A stretch of DNA of 64,000 nucleotides from ANME-2 cluster archaeon (GCA_014237145.1 JAAXOC010000089.1:6324-70323); one strand, 5' to 3'. Shown: positions 1 to 10,344, counted from the stretch's first letter. Made by a program: numbers and translations. The notes: generated by a model from the sequence alone, not told the origin.

Positions 1-1088
1 CCGATAGCAGAATACCAGTCTGCGCCGTTGTTAATGATCAGGGGAATGTTGGCCCAGGTTTCCACATTGTTGAGACTGGACGGGCGGTCCCAGAGTCCCT
101 TATCTGATGTGTGGATGTACTTGGCTCTTGGCTCACCAGGCTTTCCTTCCAGTGAGGCCATAAGTGCAGTGGATTCACCGCATACGAACGCGCCGCCGCC
201 ACGGTTGACCTTCAGGTCGAAATTGAATCCTGAACCCAGTATATTATCTCCCAGCAGACCTGCTTCACGTGCCTGCTTAATTGCCAGGTTGATGTTCTTT
301 AGCGCCAGTGGATATTCGTTCCTGACATAGACATACCCTTCATTGGAGCCAATGGCATAAGCGCCGATGATCATTCCTTCCAGCACACTGTGTGGATTCC
401 CTTCCAGGATACTGCGGTCCATAAAGGCTCCCGGATCGCCCTCATCTGCATTGCAGATGACATATTTGATATCACCCTGTGCATTACGGGTGGACTCCCA
501 TTTTCGTCCGGTTGGAAAACCTCCTCCACCACGGCCCCTTATGCCAGAATTCTTAATTTCATCAACCACATCCATGGGCTGCATTCCACCCAGCACCTTT
601 GCAAGGGCAGAATAACCTCCGATGGCGATATAATCCTCTATGCTGTGGGGGTCTATCTTGCTGTTATTGCCAAGAATCAGCCGCATCTGTTTTTTATAGA
701 ACGGAACTTCGCCTTCAGTCTCAACAAGCTGTCCTGCTTTGTCATCAGTATATAGCAACCTGTCAACGGTCTTGTTGTTGATAATCGTCTCCTCGATTAT
801 TTCAGGAATATCATCTATGGACAATCCCTGGTAGAAAATCTCTTGTGGATAGATCAATGCTATGGGTCCGCATTCACAAAAACCATGGCATCCTGTCGTC
901 CTGACATCCACCTTGTCGGTCAGGCCTTTTGCTGCTATCTCGTTAACAAATGCATCCCTCACTTCCAGACATTGATTTGCCAGACAGCCCGGGCCGCCGC
1001 AAACAGCAATGCAGGGCTTATCCAGGTCCTTCCCGGCCAGTATCTCACTGCGAATGGCTTCCAGTTCATTTACCGATGTTACTTTCAA
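1..1088 (-). CDS. NuoF/HydB-like NADH-binding flavoprotein subunit (5' part, runs off window)
   Basis: Manual minus-strand translation gives YVICNADEGDPGAFMDRSILEGNPHSVLEG and RGGGAFVCGESTAL. N-terminal thioredoxin-like Fe-S motif (CGGPGC...TGCHGFCECGP). TTG start after AGGTGA RBS. Absent from the ORF track because it is truncated. Confidence 0.9.
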   Translation of the reverse strand, partial: MKVTSVNELEAIRSEILAGKDLDKPCIAVCGGPGCLANQCLEVRDAFVNEIAAKGLTDKVDVRTTGCHGFCECGPIALIYPQEIFYQGLSIDDIPEIIEETIINNKTVDRLLYTDDKAGQLVETEGEVPFYKKQMRLILGNNSKIDPHSIEDYIAIGGYSALAKVLGGMQPMDVVDEIKNSGIRGRGGGGFPTGRKWESTRNAQGDIKYVICNADEGDPGAFMDRSILEGNPHSVLEGMIIGAYAIGSNEGYVYVRNEYPLALKNINLAIKQAREAGLLGDNILGSGFNFDLKVNRGGGAFVCGESTALMASLEGKPGEPRAKYIHTSDKGLWDRPSSLNNVETWANIPLIINNGADWYSAI

Positions 1089-1105
1089 TTAATTCACCTT
1101 CAGAC

Positions 1106-1561
1106 CTATTTACTGTTTAACAGACTCTCGACCTTGATGGGTGTCATCTCCCCATGGTATTCTTCGTTCTCCACAACCACCGGACCAAGGGCACAGGCAC
1201 CTACACAGTTAACGGTCTCAAGTGTATACTCGCCGTCGGCTGTGGTATCACCTGCCTTGATCTCCAGTTTTCGCTCCAGTTCTTCCAGCACTTTTTTCGA
1301 ACCCCTGACATGGCAGGCAGTACCCATGCATACGTGTATCTGCTGCTTGCCTTTGGGTTTTAGGCTGAACGCCTTGAAAAAAGTAGCCACGCCGAAGACC
1401 TGGACCCTGGAGATATCCAATCTCTGAGCCACATATTCCAGTGACTCTTCAGGCAGGTAATTGTACTTTGCCTGGATGTCCTGTAATATGGATATCAGCG
1501 AACCTGGTTCGGCATTATACTCATCTATTATTGAATCCAGTTTGGATTCGTTAGCAGTCAT
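1106..1561 (-). CDS. NuoE/HydC-like [2Fe-2S] subunit
   Basis: CMGTACHVRG and CVGACALGP motifs; directly upstream of the NuoF-like gene. Confidence 0.92.
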   Translation of the reverse strand: MTANESKLDSIIDEYNAEPGSLISILQDIQAKYNYLPEESLEYVAQRLDISRVQVFGVATFFKAFSLKPKGKQQIHVCMGTACHVRGSKKVLEELERKLEIKAGDTTADGEYTLETVNCVGACALGPVVVENEEYHGEMTPIKVESLLNSK

Positions 1562-2200
1562 CTGATTCCTCCTGTTTCATTTTATTTTCCTTACTATAAT
1601 TTCTTACTATAATTTGGTTATCGGATATTGCAAAAAGCAATAGAATGTTCCATACTAAATAATTGAAAAAAAATAGGTTGGTATCTATTGCAAATAACCT
1701 GATCTACATAGTGTGGCTCGATATGGATAAGATATCACCTTGTATAGTTATGCCAATACGGATATAGTCAGCCATTTACTGACCATATCTTATTTAAATA
1801 TAACCTTTTTTCAGATGTTAGGAAAAGGATAGCCTATGTCTAAAAGTAATATTAAAATTTATCTACACAAGACTTAACTGTAAAAATGGTATAGGCAATT
1901 TACTTCTTTTAATTAATATTAGTAGTTTACTAATTTGAACGATAATAATATATATCATAACACTATAGTCTGATGTCGGCTACCTATTAATGACTAACAA
2001 AAAATTCATGGAAATTCCTGATAATACCAAAAAATTGCAGCCCTTCAACAGAATACAGGTTTCATTAAAAATGTGCCAACATTTGCCAATATATAAGGCT
2101 AATTGGATCAATAACCTTAGATCTGGGTTGAGTGGGTTAGGCAGGGAATTTTATCATGATCAGCCAAGCCCGTAAAAAATAATAAGCAGGAGGCAAAATC

Positions 2201-3790
2201 GTGAATCTTAGAACACCAAACGCAAATGAAGCTACCGGGACATCCAACCGTTCCAGGAACGTGGCACCGGTATCAGGAATATGTACCCGCTGTGTGGACG
2301 GGTGCAGAGGCAACTGTGAGATATTCAAGGCAACATTTCGGGGCAGGGAAGTATTGTATCCCGGACCCTTTGGCGAGAGCACTTCAGGAGCAGACAAGAA
2401 CTATCCGATCGACTATTCACATGTGAACATCCAGGGATATGCAGTGGGAGCATTCGGCCTGCCCGAAGGCGTAGAGCCGGGACCGGATACTGCAATATTC
2501 CCCAACGTGGATACTGAGACAGAATATGGCTGGGACCAAAAGGTCAAGCTGAAAGTGCCCATCTTCACAGGAGCCTTGGGTTCCACAGAGATCGCACGTA
2601 AGAACTGGGAACATTTCGCAGTGGGTGCAGCCATATCAGGCATCACCCTGGTCTGCGGCGAGAACGTCTGCGGTATTGATCCTGAACTGGAACTAAACGC
2701 TGAGGGCAAGATCAGCAAATCACCTGAGATGGACCGCAGGATCGAGACTTACAATAAGTACCACGAGGGATTCGGCGAGATACTTGTCCAGATGAATGTA
2801 GAGGACACCCGCCTGGGTGTGGCCGAGTATGTGGGCAGTAAGCACAACCTGGAAACCATTGAACTGAAATGGGGCCAGGGTGCAAAGTGTATCGGCGGCG
2901 AGATCAAGGTAAAGGAAATCGAAAGGGCTGTTGAACTGAAGAAAAGGGGATACGTAGTTACTCCTGACCCCGAAGCACACGATATCAGGGAAGCATATAA
3001 GATCGGTGCCATACGCGAGTTCGAGAGGCACTCCCGCCTGGGATTTGTCACAAAGGAAGATTTCATGGCAGAGATCGACAGGCTGCGAGACCTGGGATTC
3101 AAGCGCATCACTCTGAAGACTGGAGCATACCCGATGGTGGAGACTGCCATGGCCATGGCTTACAGTTCAGAAGCAAAGATCGATCTGCTCACCTTTGACG
3201 GTGCACCGGGCGGTACCGGCATGAGCCCGTGGCCTATGATGAACGAATGGGGCACACCCACATTCTACCTCCAGAGCCAGGTTTACGAGTTTGCAGAGAA
3301 GTTAAAGGCACAGGGTAAGAGAGTACCTGATCTTGCAATGGCTGGCGGTTTTTCAAGCGAGGACGGCGTATTCAAGGCCATTGCAATGGGCGCACCTGAT
3401 GTGAAGGCAGTCTGCATGGGTCGCGGACTGATGATACCGGGCATGGTGGGTAAGAACATCGCCAAATGGATCGAGGAGGACGACCTGCCCAAGACGGTGT
3501 CCCAGTACGGGCGCAGGGTCGAAGAGATATTTGTCCATTATGAGGAACTTGTTGACAGGTTCGGCAGCGATGTGAAGGACATACCGCTGGGAGCCCTGGG
3601 TATCTACAGTTACTGCCAGAAGACCAGGACCGGACTACAGCAGTTGATGGCTGGCAGCAGGAACTTTAACCTGTCCACCATTTCCAGGAAAGACGTTATG
3701 TGCCTGACCGAAGAGGCTGCAAAGGTCTCGGGTATTCCGTACGTGATGAATGCATACAGGGAAGAAGCAGAAGCCATCCTGAACCAGTAG
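2201..3790 (+). CDS. FMN-binding glutamate synthase family protein (stand-alone FMN domain)
   Basis: ELKWGQGAKCIGGE, DGAPGGTG and N-terminal CxxCxxxCxxxC motifs; AGGAGG RBS. Confidence 0.85.
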   Translation: MNLRTPNANEATGTSNRSRNVAPVSGICTRCVDGCRGNCEIFKATFRGREVLYPGPFGESTSGADKNYPIDYSHVNIQGYAVGAFGLPEGVEPGPDTAIFPNVDTETEYGWDQKVKLKVPIFTGALGSTEIARKNWEHFAVGAAISGITLVCGENVCGIDPELELNAEGKISKSPEMDRRIETYNKYHEGFGEILVQMNVEDTRLGVAEYVGSKHNLETIELKWGQGAKCIGGEIKVKEIERAVELKKRGYVVTPDPEAHDIREAYKIGAIREFERHSRLGFVTKEDFMAEIDRLRDLGFKRITLKTGAYPMVETAMAMAYSSEAKIDLLTFDGAPGGTGMSPWPMMNEWGTPTFYLQSQVYEFAEKLKAQGKRVPDLAMAGGFSSEDGVFKAIAMGAPDVKAVCMGRGLMIPGMVGKNIAKWIEEDDLPKTVSQYGRRVEEIFVHYEELVDRFGSDVKDIPLGALGIYSYCQKTRTGLQQLMAGSRNFNLSTISRKDVMCLTEEAAKVSGIPYVMNAYREEAEAILNQ

Positions 3791-3840
3791 GATTTCTACT
3801 GGTTTATTTTTTTCTTTTGGAAATATTGTTATATATATTT

Positions 3841-4458
3841 TTACATATTTTTAAGTTTTTCGTAGAGTTCGTTGACATTGAGAAGGAAAATATCATTAGC
3901 ACTTTTGATCAGTTCTTGGGAACACTTAGCTTGAGTAAAAACCTTTCCCTCACCTAACTCGATCCAAAATGGAGGTACGCTTTTCATTTCGTGAACCATG
4001 CCACCCGACATATCAGGCGCTGCATATAAAACTTTGTTGACCATTGAAGTTATTAGCCGTACCAAACACATGGGACAAGGTTCTAGGGACGAATACAGTT
4101 GGTAGCCTTCCAGTTCAGTGAGATCTTGGTGAGTGTCTTCAAACTTATCCATAACCACCATTTCAGCATGTCGATCACTACGAAAATATGGATTGAAAAT
4201 TTCGTTGTGACCTTGAACAACCACATTTCCACTCCCATCTATCAAAACACATCCAACGCCAAAATTACCATCGTTCACAGCCCTCAATGCCAGCACATTC
4301 GTAAGCCATATGTAAATATCATCTGTGTATTCGTGATTGAATTGATAATCCATTAGCTGACTTTTCCATTTTTCAATTCGGTCGGTCGTTGGATCGATTT
4401 GCGCAAGTTCATTTAACCCTGATTCGATGATCTGTTCATCAGTCATTGTAAAACCCAT
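3841..4458 (-). CDS. nucleoside deaminase (cytidine/adenosine deaminase family)
   Basis: HAE and EPCPMC Zn motifs. Confidence 0.85.
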   Translation of the reverse strand: MGFTMTDEQIIESGLNELAQIDPTTDRIEKWKSQLMDYQFNHEYTDDIYIWLTNVLALRAVNDGNFGVGCVLIDGSGNVVVQGHNEIFNPYFRSDRHAEMVVMDKFEDTHQDLTELEGYQLYSSLEPCPMCLVRLITSMVNKVLYAAPDMSGGMVHEMKSVPPFWIELGEGKVFTQAKCSQELIKSANDIFLLNVNELYEKLKNM

Positions 4459-4707
4459 CCCATGTAATCATGTGTAACAACACCTTTGACAAATCTGTTG
4501 TGCAAATAATATAGTTTTTATGATATAAATCATACCCTGACGTTATAAAAATCTTACGATTCACCACTTATTAACTAAACATTTACATCTCGGCCAAATG
4601 ACCCATAATATAAACCGAAGACACTTTGTTATAAAAAGTTGTAATATGTCTTTCAGATAAAATTTACAGCAAATTTGCCAGTTGGAATAAAGGAGAACTA
4701 CACTAAT

Positions 4708-6060
4708 ATGAAAGCCACAAAAATCGTGATCATCGGTCTTGGCGTAAGCGGCTTTATCGCCGCAAAGACTGCAAAGAAAGTAAATCCCGATGTGCAGATA
4801 ACGATAATCGACCAGAAGGAGTATGACATGTTTTCGCCATGCGGGCTGCCTTTTGTGATGGAGGGTGTAATCGATGAGTTCGATGAACTCATACACAGCC
4901 TCCCGCTGGAAAAAATGAACATGGTCAAACTTTTGAAGCACAGGGCAGTGTCCATCGATTCCGGGAACAAGTTCGTAACTGCTGTGGATATTGAAACAAG
5001 CGAAGAAAAAACCATTCCCTACGATTCGGTAATAATCGCAACAGGATGTTTTCCATTCATACCTCCGATCCCGGGTGCACATGAACTGTTGAATAAGGGA
5101 GTCTTTGTGGTAAGCAACCCCGAAAATGCAAAACAGATCGTTGATTACTCAAAGGACATATCCTGTGCCGTTGTAGTCGGCGCGGGTGCGATCGGTCTTG
5201 AAACTGCTGCCGCAATTGCAGCACATAATATTGATTTGACAGTTGTGGAGATGCTGTCCCATGCATTCCCGCGAGCGATCGACCCTGATATTGCAAAAGT
5301 CCTAGAGAGATCACTGAAGAAATCCGGCATCAAGCTCATGATGAGCGCCACTGTTGAGAAGGTTTCAGGTAATGATGGGGTAACATCTGTAACTGTAAAT
5401 GGTAAAAGCATCCCTGCTGATATGGTTATCATGGCATCCGGTGTACGTGCCAGCTGGGACCTGGCAAAGGATGTGGGATGCGAACCTGGAAACTGGGGTA
5501 TTAAGACAAATGCAAAAATGGAGACCAGCATTGCCGGGATATACGCAGCAGGTGACTGTGTAGAGACCGTAAGCCCGATAAACCACAAACCATGGATGTC
5601 ACAGCTTGCAACAACTGCATACCGCCAGGGGATCGCGGCAGGAGCGAATGCGGCTGGCGGATATGAGACGTACGACGGGTCTCTTACGACCTTTGTTTCA
5701 GTCGTTGGTTCGATGGAAATTGCAGCAACCGGTTTTAACCAGTTCTTTGCCAAATCCGCGGGATATGAGGTTGTCGCCGGAAAGGCAAGCGGCTTAACCA
5801 GACCTGAGTGGTATCCAGGGGCAAAGGAAATCACAGTCAAGGTCCTGGCAGATGCCAGAACAGCAAGGATAATAGGCGGTCAGGCAGTCGGTGAAGAAGG
5901 CGCAGCATCGCGGGTGAATTTGATATCGCTTGCGATCAAAGGTAATATGGACCTGCACGACCTCTATGGCGCAGAATTTGCATACTGTCCTGCTGTGTCT
6001 GAGACCTATGATCCTTTGTCAAAGGCATGTGAGTTCGCTATACGCAAGATGAAGAAATAG
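4708..6060 (+). CDS. FAD-dependent pyridine nucleotide-disulfide oxidoreductase (NADH oxidase / CoA-disulfide reductase family)
   Basis: GLGVSG and GAGAIG Rossmann motifs, single-Cys FSPCGLP, IYAAGDC, C-terminal AYCPAVS; AGGAG RBS before ATG 4708. Confidence 0.88.
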   Translation: MKATKIVIIGLGVSGFIAAKTAKKVNPDVQITIIDQKEYDMFSPCGLPFVMEGVIDEFDELIHSLPLEKMNMVKLLKHRAVSIDSGNKFVTAVDIETSEEKTIPYDSVIIATGCFPFIPPIPGAHELLNKGVFVVSNPENAKQIVDYSKDISCAVVVGAGAIGLETAAAIAAHNIDLTVVEMLSHAFPRAIDPDIAKVLERSLKKSGIKLMMSATVEKVSGNDGVTSVTVNGKSIPADMVIMASGVRASWDLAKDVGCEPGNWGIKTNAKMETSIAGIYAAGDCVETVSPINHKPWMSQLATTAYRQGIAAGANAAGGYETYDGSLTTFVSVVGSMEIAATGFNQFFAKSAGYEVVAGKASGLTRPEWYPGAKEITVKVLADARTARIIGGQAVGEEGAASRVNLISLAIKGNMDLHDLYGAEFAYCPAVSETYDPLSKACEFAIRKMKK

Positions 6061-6068
6061 ATATTTCT

Positions 6069-6348
6069 TCTAGTGTCAAGTCAACAATACAATATCGCTA
6101 GATATATTATCTGACACTGTTCCATTTCCCAGTTATTTTTAAGACGCAGATTTACACTGATTTACGCAGATTTAAGGTTGCATCTGAGTAACCTGCACGC
6201 CCTTAAGGCGTAGCAGGCATTCACTTCCCGCGGAAGTGAATGTATCAGTGTAAATCTGAGTCTAATATTATTATTGAAATAATTTGATTTTAGAATTGTG
6301 CCCTATTCCCTTCATAATCTGACACTTTGATGTTGACTTGACACTAGA
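6069..6348. mobile_element. MITE-like non-coding element with nested inverted repeats
   Basis: Perfect 18-bp terminal IR TCTAGTGTCAAGTCAACA (6069-6086 / 6331-6348); inner 20-bp IR 6142-6161 / 6244-6263; hairpin at 6218-6242. Confidence 0.7.
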
Positions 6349-6636
6349 TAGTGTGGGCAAATTTACACGATTTAAGCTGTTGAGGATAAAATTATCTTTG
6401 CCTTCTTAGCGCCCTTTGCGGTGAATTAATCTAAACATCAATGAAGACGACTAAGTTTATCATATAACACCGCAAAGTCCGCAAATGGCGCGAAGAATCC
6501 AATAGTTTGGCTATCATACCCACTCAATGTAAAAGAGAGCTAGAAATAGTCTTGTTCAGCCTCTGATAAAAAGATGGAATCGAGAATAAGAAACTTTGTT
6601 ATACTATTATCTACGTAAAATGAAACCGGTGATCAT

Positions 6637-7383
6637 ATGGAAAAATGGCGGGTCATTGATTTTGGAAAGGTTAACATAAGGTATATGATGGCAATGAACG
6701 AAGCCATCCTGAAATGCGATGAGGGAAACACCCTGATATTCTGGGACCCCACAAAATCCATCATCCTTGGGTATTTCCAGAAGGCTGATGTGGAACTAAA
6801 CCTTGAGCGGTGCAAGGATTACACGATCGTACGCCGCACAAGCGGCGGTGGTTTCGCGTATTCGGATGATCGGGGACGGCAGATCAACTATGGTGTTATC
6901 GGGACAATAGACGATAAACGGTTCCCGATCGATGTTACGGACTCGTACCATCAGATACTTGGCATGCTTATAGAGACCCTGCGCGAGTACGGCTTGAATG
7001 CGGCTTTCAGACCCATAAACGACATTGTTGTTGACGGCAAGAAGATATCTGGTAATGCGCAGACCAGATGGAGTGGAAAACTACTCCAGCATGGTACACT
7101 ACTACTGGATTTCGATATTAAGGAAATGCTTCGCCTCACAAATATCCCGCTTGAGAAGATAAGCGATAAACAGGTTGCCTCTATTGAGGAAGGGATGACA
7201 TGGATGGATAAGGAACTCCCTGAAAAAGTGGATATGAGAGAGGTCAAGAAAGTAATACGCCGCAAATTCGGGGAGATATTCGGTGTGGAACTGATCGATT
7301 CAAAACCAAGCGAGAGCGAGGTAAAGATGGCGCAGGAACTGTTACCTAAGTACGAATCAGAGAAATGGAACTACAGGCTGTAA
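6637..7383 (+). CDS. lplA: lipoate-protein ligase A, catalytic domain only
   Basis: RRTSGGG, NDI, KKISGNAQ and QHGTLL motifs; no fused C-terminal accessory domain. Confidence 0.92.
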   Translation: MEKWRVIDFGKVNIRYMMAMNEAILKCDEGNTLIFWDPTKSIILGYFQKADVELNLERCKDYTIVRRTSGGGFAYSDDRGRQINYGVIGTIDDKRFPIDVTDSYHQILGMLIETLREYGLNAAFRPINDIVVDGKKISGNAQTRWSGKLLQHGTLLLDFDIKEMLRLTNIPLEKISDKQVASIEEGMTWMDKELPEKVDMREVKKVIRRKFGEIFGVELIDSKPSESEVKMAQELLPKYESEKWNYRL

Positions 7384-7495
7384 AGTAAATGAAGTAAAAA
7401 TAAAAAAGCAGTAGCTCTTTGGATTAGCTATTATTTCACAATAAAGTTCATGCATCAAGTGAATTGCTATAAAAAAACAAAGGAGATCTGCCTTA

Positions 7496-7912
7496 TCATC
7501 TTGATGCAAGATCTTCTTCAAACCACGGTTTAATATCATCCCCATGCACGAGTTTTTCCAGATCAGTCTCCATATCAGATGGCTCGATCACAATCAGCCA
7601 ACCTTCTTCATACGGGTCTTCTGCCATCTGTTCAAGGTCGTCTTCGATATCTTCGTTCACCTCAATAACCGTGCCACTAACAGGCATGGTAAGCCCGCCC
7701 ACCCATTTTGCGGATTCCAGTGACCCGAATGCTTCACCGGCTTCGAATTCATCATCTTCCACCGGAAGGTCGATAAACTCAATCGTTCCGACAGCGGTGG
7801 CGCCGAATGCATCCATTCCTGCTCTCACATTCCCGTCATCCTCAACCTTTGCCCAGACATGGTCTTTAGTATAATGAAGGTCATCAGGCATTTTGTATCC
7901 TTCGATCTCCAT
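7496..7912 (-). CDS. GcvH/LbpA-like lipoate-binding protein
   Basis: HYTKDHVW, lipoyl-Lys in LESAKWVG, DPYEEGWL. Confidence 0.9.
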   Translation of the reverse strand: MEIEGYKMPDDLHYTKDHVWAKVEDDGNVRAGMDAFGATAVGTIEFIDLPVEDDEFEAGEAFGSLESAKWVGGLTMPVSGTVIEVNEDIEDDLEQMAEDPYEEGWLIVIEPSDMETDLEKLVHGDDIKPWFEEDLASR

Positions 7913-7969
7913 TGAATTATCCTCCTTTATCTATAGATAGATCATTGGTGTGTTTTCATATGTACGCAA

Positions 7970-8392
7970 TTAATATCCTGCATAGCGTTCCCGCTCTTTT
8001 GCTATCAATTCACCGTAATACGCAGCCGCATCACTGGCAGTCATCAAGCCGGTGCCCTCATGATCACCCTTGACCTCGACCATGACGATATTATATGGGT
8101 CGCTGTTAATAATGTTCGGGTCATCCCAGAGATCCTCATTGACGCTCACAACAGTAGACTCAAACGGAAGTGATATCTGCGATACAGCTTTGATTGTCTC
8201 ATATGCGATTATCAAGTCATCCTTCGGAATCACCTCGCCGACTTCAGGCAGGTCGATGTGTACGATCTCTTTTGAAAGCGACTGCCCAAGTTCTGTGATA
8301 CCGAGCTGAAACCTGTCCTCATGAGGCTTTACCCACACATGTGTTTTTAAATACAATCTATTTTCAGGGAACTCAAAATCTTCAACTTTCAT
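7970..8392 (-). CDS. second, divergent GcvH-like lipoyl carrier protein
   Basis: YLKTHVW, ETIKAVS lipoyl-Lys motif, INSDPY. Confidence 0.85.
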   Translation of the reverse strand: MKVEDFEFPENRLYLKTHVWVKPHEDRFQLGITELGQSLSKEIVHIDLPEVGEVIPKDDLIIAYETIKAVSQISLPFESTVVSVNEDLWDDPNIINSDPYNIVMVEVKGDHEGTGLMTASDAAAYYGELIAKERERYAGY

Positions 8393-8431
8393 GAATTAGC
8401 CTCTTGCTTTTCTCTTTTACTTACTACACCA

Positions 8432-9328
8432 TCATTTTTTTGTTTCGATTTGAATGCTAAGCGTCTCACCACACTGCGGCAGGTATTCACCATACCGAGT
8501 AGGAATTAATTTTATTAAAGGCTTACCGAAAAATAAGATAAACGATACCCCGGCGGCATCTATCATGCGGTTTTTTCCATCTGATACCCTTAAATCCACA
8601 CTGGATGAGTGTACCATGTGCCAGTTCCCACTGCTTTTAAAGGTGTCAAACGGCGGCACAGTCCTGCTTTCACCGATCAAAGCGAACCTGTGCAGGGCGT
8701 GCTCACCAGTCGGGATGAATCCATCGAGCAGGTAACCGCCAACAGCATAACCATTGATAGCGCCGCTGCGACTGTGATCCGGGCAGTCGATAAGTGCAAA
8801 TCGCCTATCGGAAAACACCACTTCACCTGTAAAACCAAAGACATTACCATCTTCAGCCATGCCACAACCAACCTTTTTAACCGCACCAACAGGCACATCA
8901 AGCAGCATGTTGTTGCTCGCACGCACATAATCGTCAGGCGTGCGCACTTCAACATGCATGTGAGGGAAGTTCCAGAAATAGTAGTAACCGCTTCTGATGA
9001 ATGTGCCAAACTCTTCACCTGTGCGCACGCGGTCCCCTATTTCCACATCCGGCTTCACATGCATGATCTTTACAATAAACCCCTTGCAGCTAATCGCAGT
9101 TAAGTATTCCTTGAAATCGCGGTCCTTGAAGGGTGTGGGAGTATCGAATTCCCTGATATTCACAACCTCACCGTCAACAGGTGAGTACGCAGCCGAACCG
9201 AAGTCGCCGTATGCGATGTCTACCGCGCTGCCTGTCTCGTGTGCCGCAAACGGGCTTTTGAAAAACGAGAGTGCAGCGTCATCCGGCGCCATTAGTTCGA
9301 TGTTTTGATATGAAGCTGCAAGTTTCAT
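8432..9328 (-). CDS. hypothetical protein with M23/LytM-like Zn-binding motifs
   Basis: HETGSAVD, SPVDGEV, MHV..V..GDRV, PHMHVEVR (HxH). Confidence 0.6.
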   Translation of the reverse strand: MKLAASYQNIELMAPDDAALSFFKSPFAAHETGSAVDIAYGDFGSAAYSPVDGEVVNIREFDTPTPFKDRDFKEYLTAISCKGFIVKIMHVKPDVEIGDRVRTGEEFGTFIRSGYYYFWNFPHMHVEVRTPDDYVRASNNMLLDVPVGAVKKVGCGMAEDGNVFGFTGEVVFSDRRFALIDCPDHSRSGAINGYAVGGYLLDGFIPTGEHALHRFALIGESRTVPPFDTFKSSGNWHMVHSSSVDLRVSDGKNRMIDAAGVSFILFFGKPLIKLIPTRYGEYLPQCGETLSIQIETKK

Positions 9329-9339
9329 TAAATCACCTC

Positions 9340-10323
9340 TTACAACTCCACATTATAGGAACAACACATGTTATCGACCTCATGGATATCCAGCCCGATC
9401 TCAGCGCATAATTGATACGCGCTCCGGCTCGGGACTGCGATCCTGTCGATCCCGCTCAATATCGCACATTCATCGAGCCGGGAGCGGTATCTCCCGCCAG
9501 GGCGCACGCAGCTTAAGGACAAGGGTGTTTGCGGGAATTCCTGCCTCGCCTTTGCGATCACCGATACAACATCCTCAAGCGCAGGAGGCAGTGTATCTGC
9601 ACAAGCTGTATTTTTTGTGGGAATAAATACCACTATAACGACAACATCCGGATCGTATTTCTTGATCATCTCAATCGCCCTGAACTCGCAGTCAAGCGCC
9701 CCGTTGTTCAATCCTGCGATGATATGCGGTGCGATGGGTATCCCTGCATCGGTAAGAAACCTGAGCGTGTTCTCGTAGTCGCTTACCGTATTCGGCAAAC
9801 CCAGTATCCCTGAGATTACGGCATCGCTCCCGATGCAGTCAACCAGTGCCATATCCAGCCATGTGGCAAGGGACCTTGCCTGCTCCTGTGTGATAATGCC
9901 AGTGTGGGCGCTCATTTTCAGATGAGTGTCATCCTTGATCTGCCTGATCTCATCTGAAAGTTCGTATGTCGGAACCGAGCCGTCAAGTTTGCTGCCGCCT
10001 GAGAGCAGGACCCCGCTGCGTCCCCTCTTTGCAAGATTTACAACTGCGGCACGGAGCTTGCCGCCACTGCCGTCAAGCATGTGTTCAAGATAGTGTTTTT
10101 CGCAGTGTTTGCAGTTCAATTCGCAGTCGGTGCCTGTGACTGAGACCGGGGTGAATGGCTCGTTGAAAAAGAGTATGGTGTTTGAAAATGAGTCCAGTCT
10201 GATCTTAAAGGATCTCAACATCTCTTTTTTTGCTGCTTCGCTAATATCCAGACCTTTTATTTTCTCCGGAACACGGTCAAGGTACACCCCGCCGTCTGAT
10301 GCTGTCATTCGTCGTCTCTCCAC
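9340..10323 (-). CDS. radical SAM protein, LipS1-like lipoyl synthase component
   Basis: CELNCKHC, SCVRP (variant of GC[M/A]R), C-terminal CC. Confidence 0.8.
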   Translation of the reverse strand: MERRRMTASDGGVYLDRVPEKIKGLDISEAAKKEMLRSFKIRLDSFSNTILFFNEPFTPVSVTGTDCELNCKHCEKHYLEHMLDGSGGKLRAAVVNLAKRGRSGVLLSGGSKLDGSVPTYELSDEIRQIKDDTHLKMSAHTGIITQEQARSLATWLDMALVDCIGSDAVISGILGLPNTVSDYENTLRFLTDAGIPIAPHIIAGLNNGALDCEFRAIEMIKKYDPDVVVIVVFIPTKNTACADTLPPALEDVVSVIAKARQEFPQTPLSLSCVRPGGRYRSRLDECAILSGIDRIAVPSRSAYQLCAEIGLDIHEVDNMCCSYNVEL

Positions 10324-10344
10324 TATTTCACAATTCCATTATTC

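Noticed and set aside
28..1427. plus-strand ORFs (28-330, 390-755, 843-1427)
   Set aside because: Antisense shadows of the NuoF/NuoE-like genes
6637..8392. complete glycine cleavage system
   Set aside because: Only H-like proteins are present; no P or T protein, and the flavoprotein lacks the LpdA CxxxxC motif
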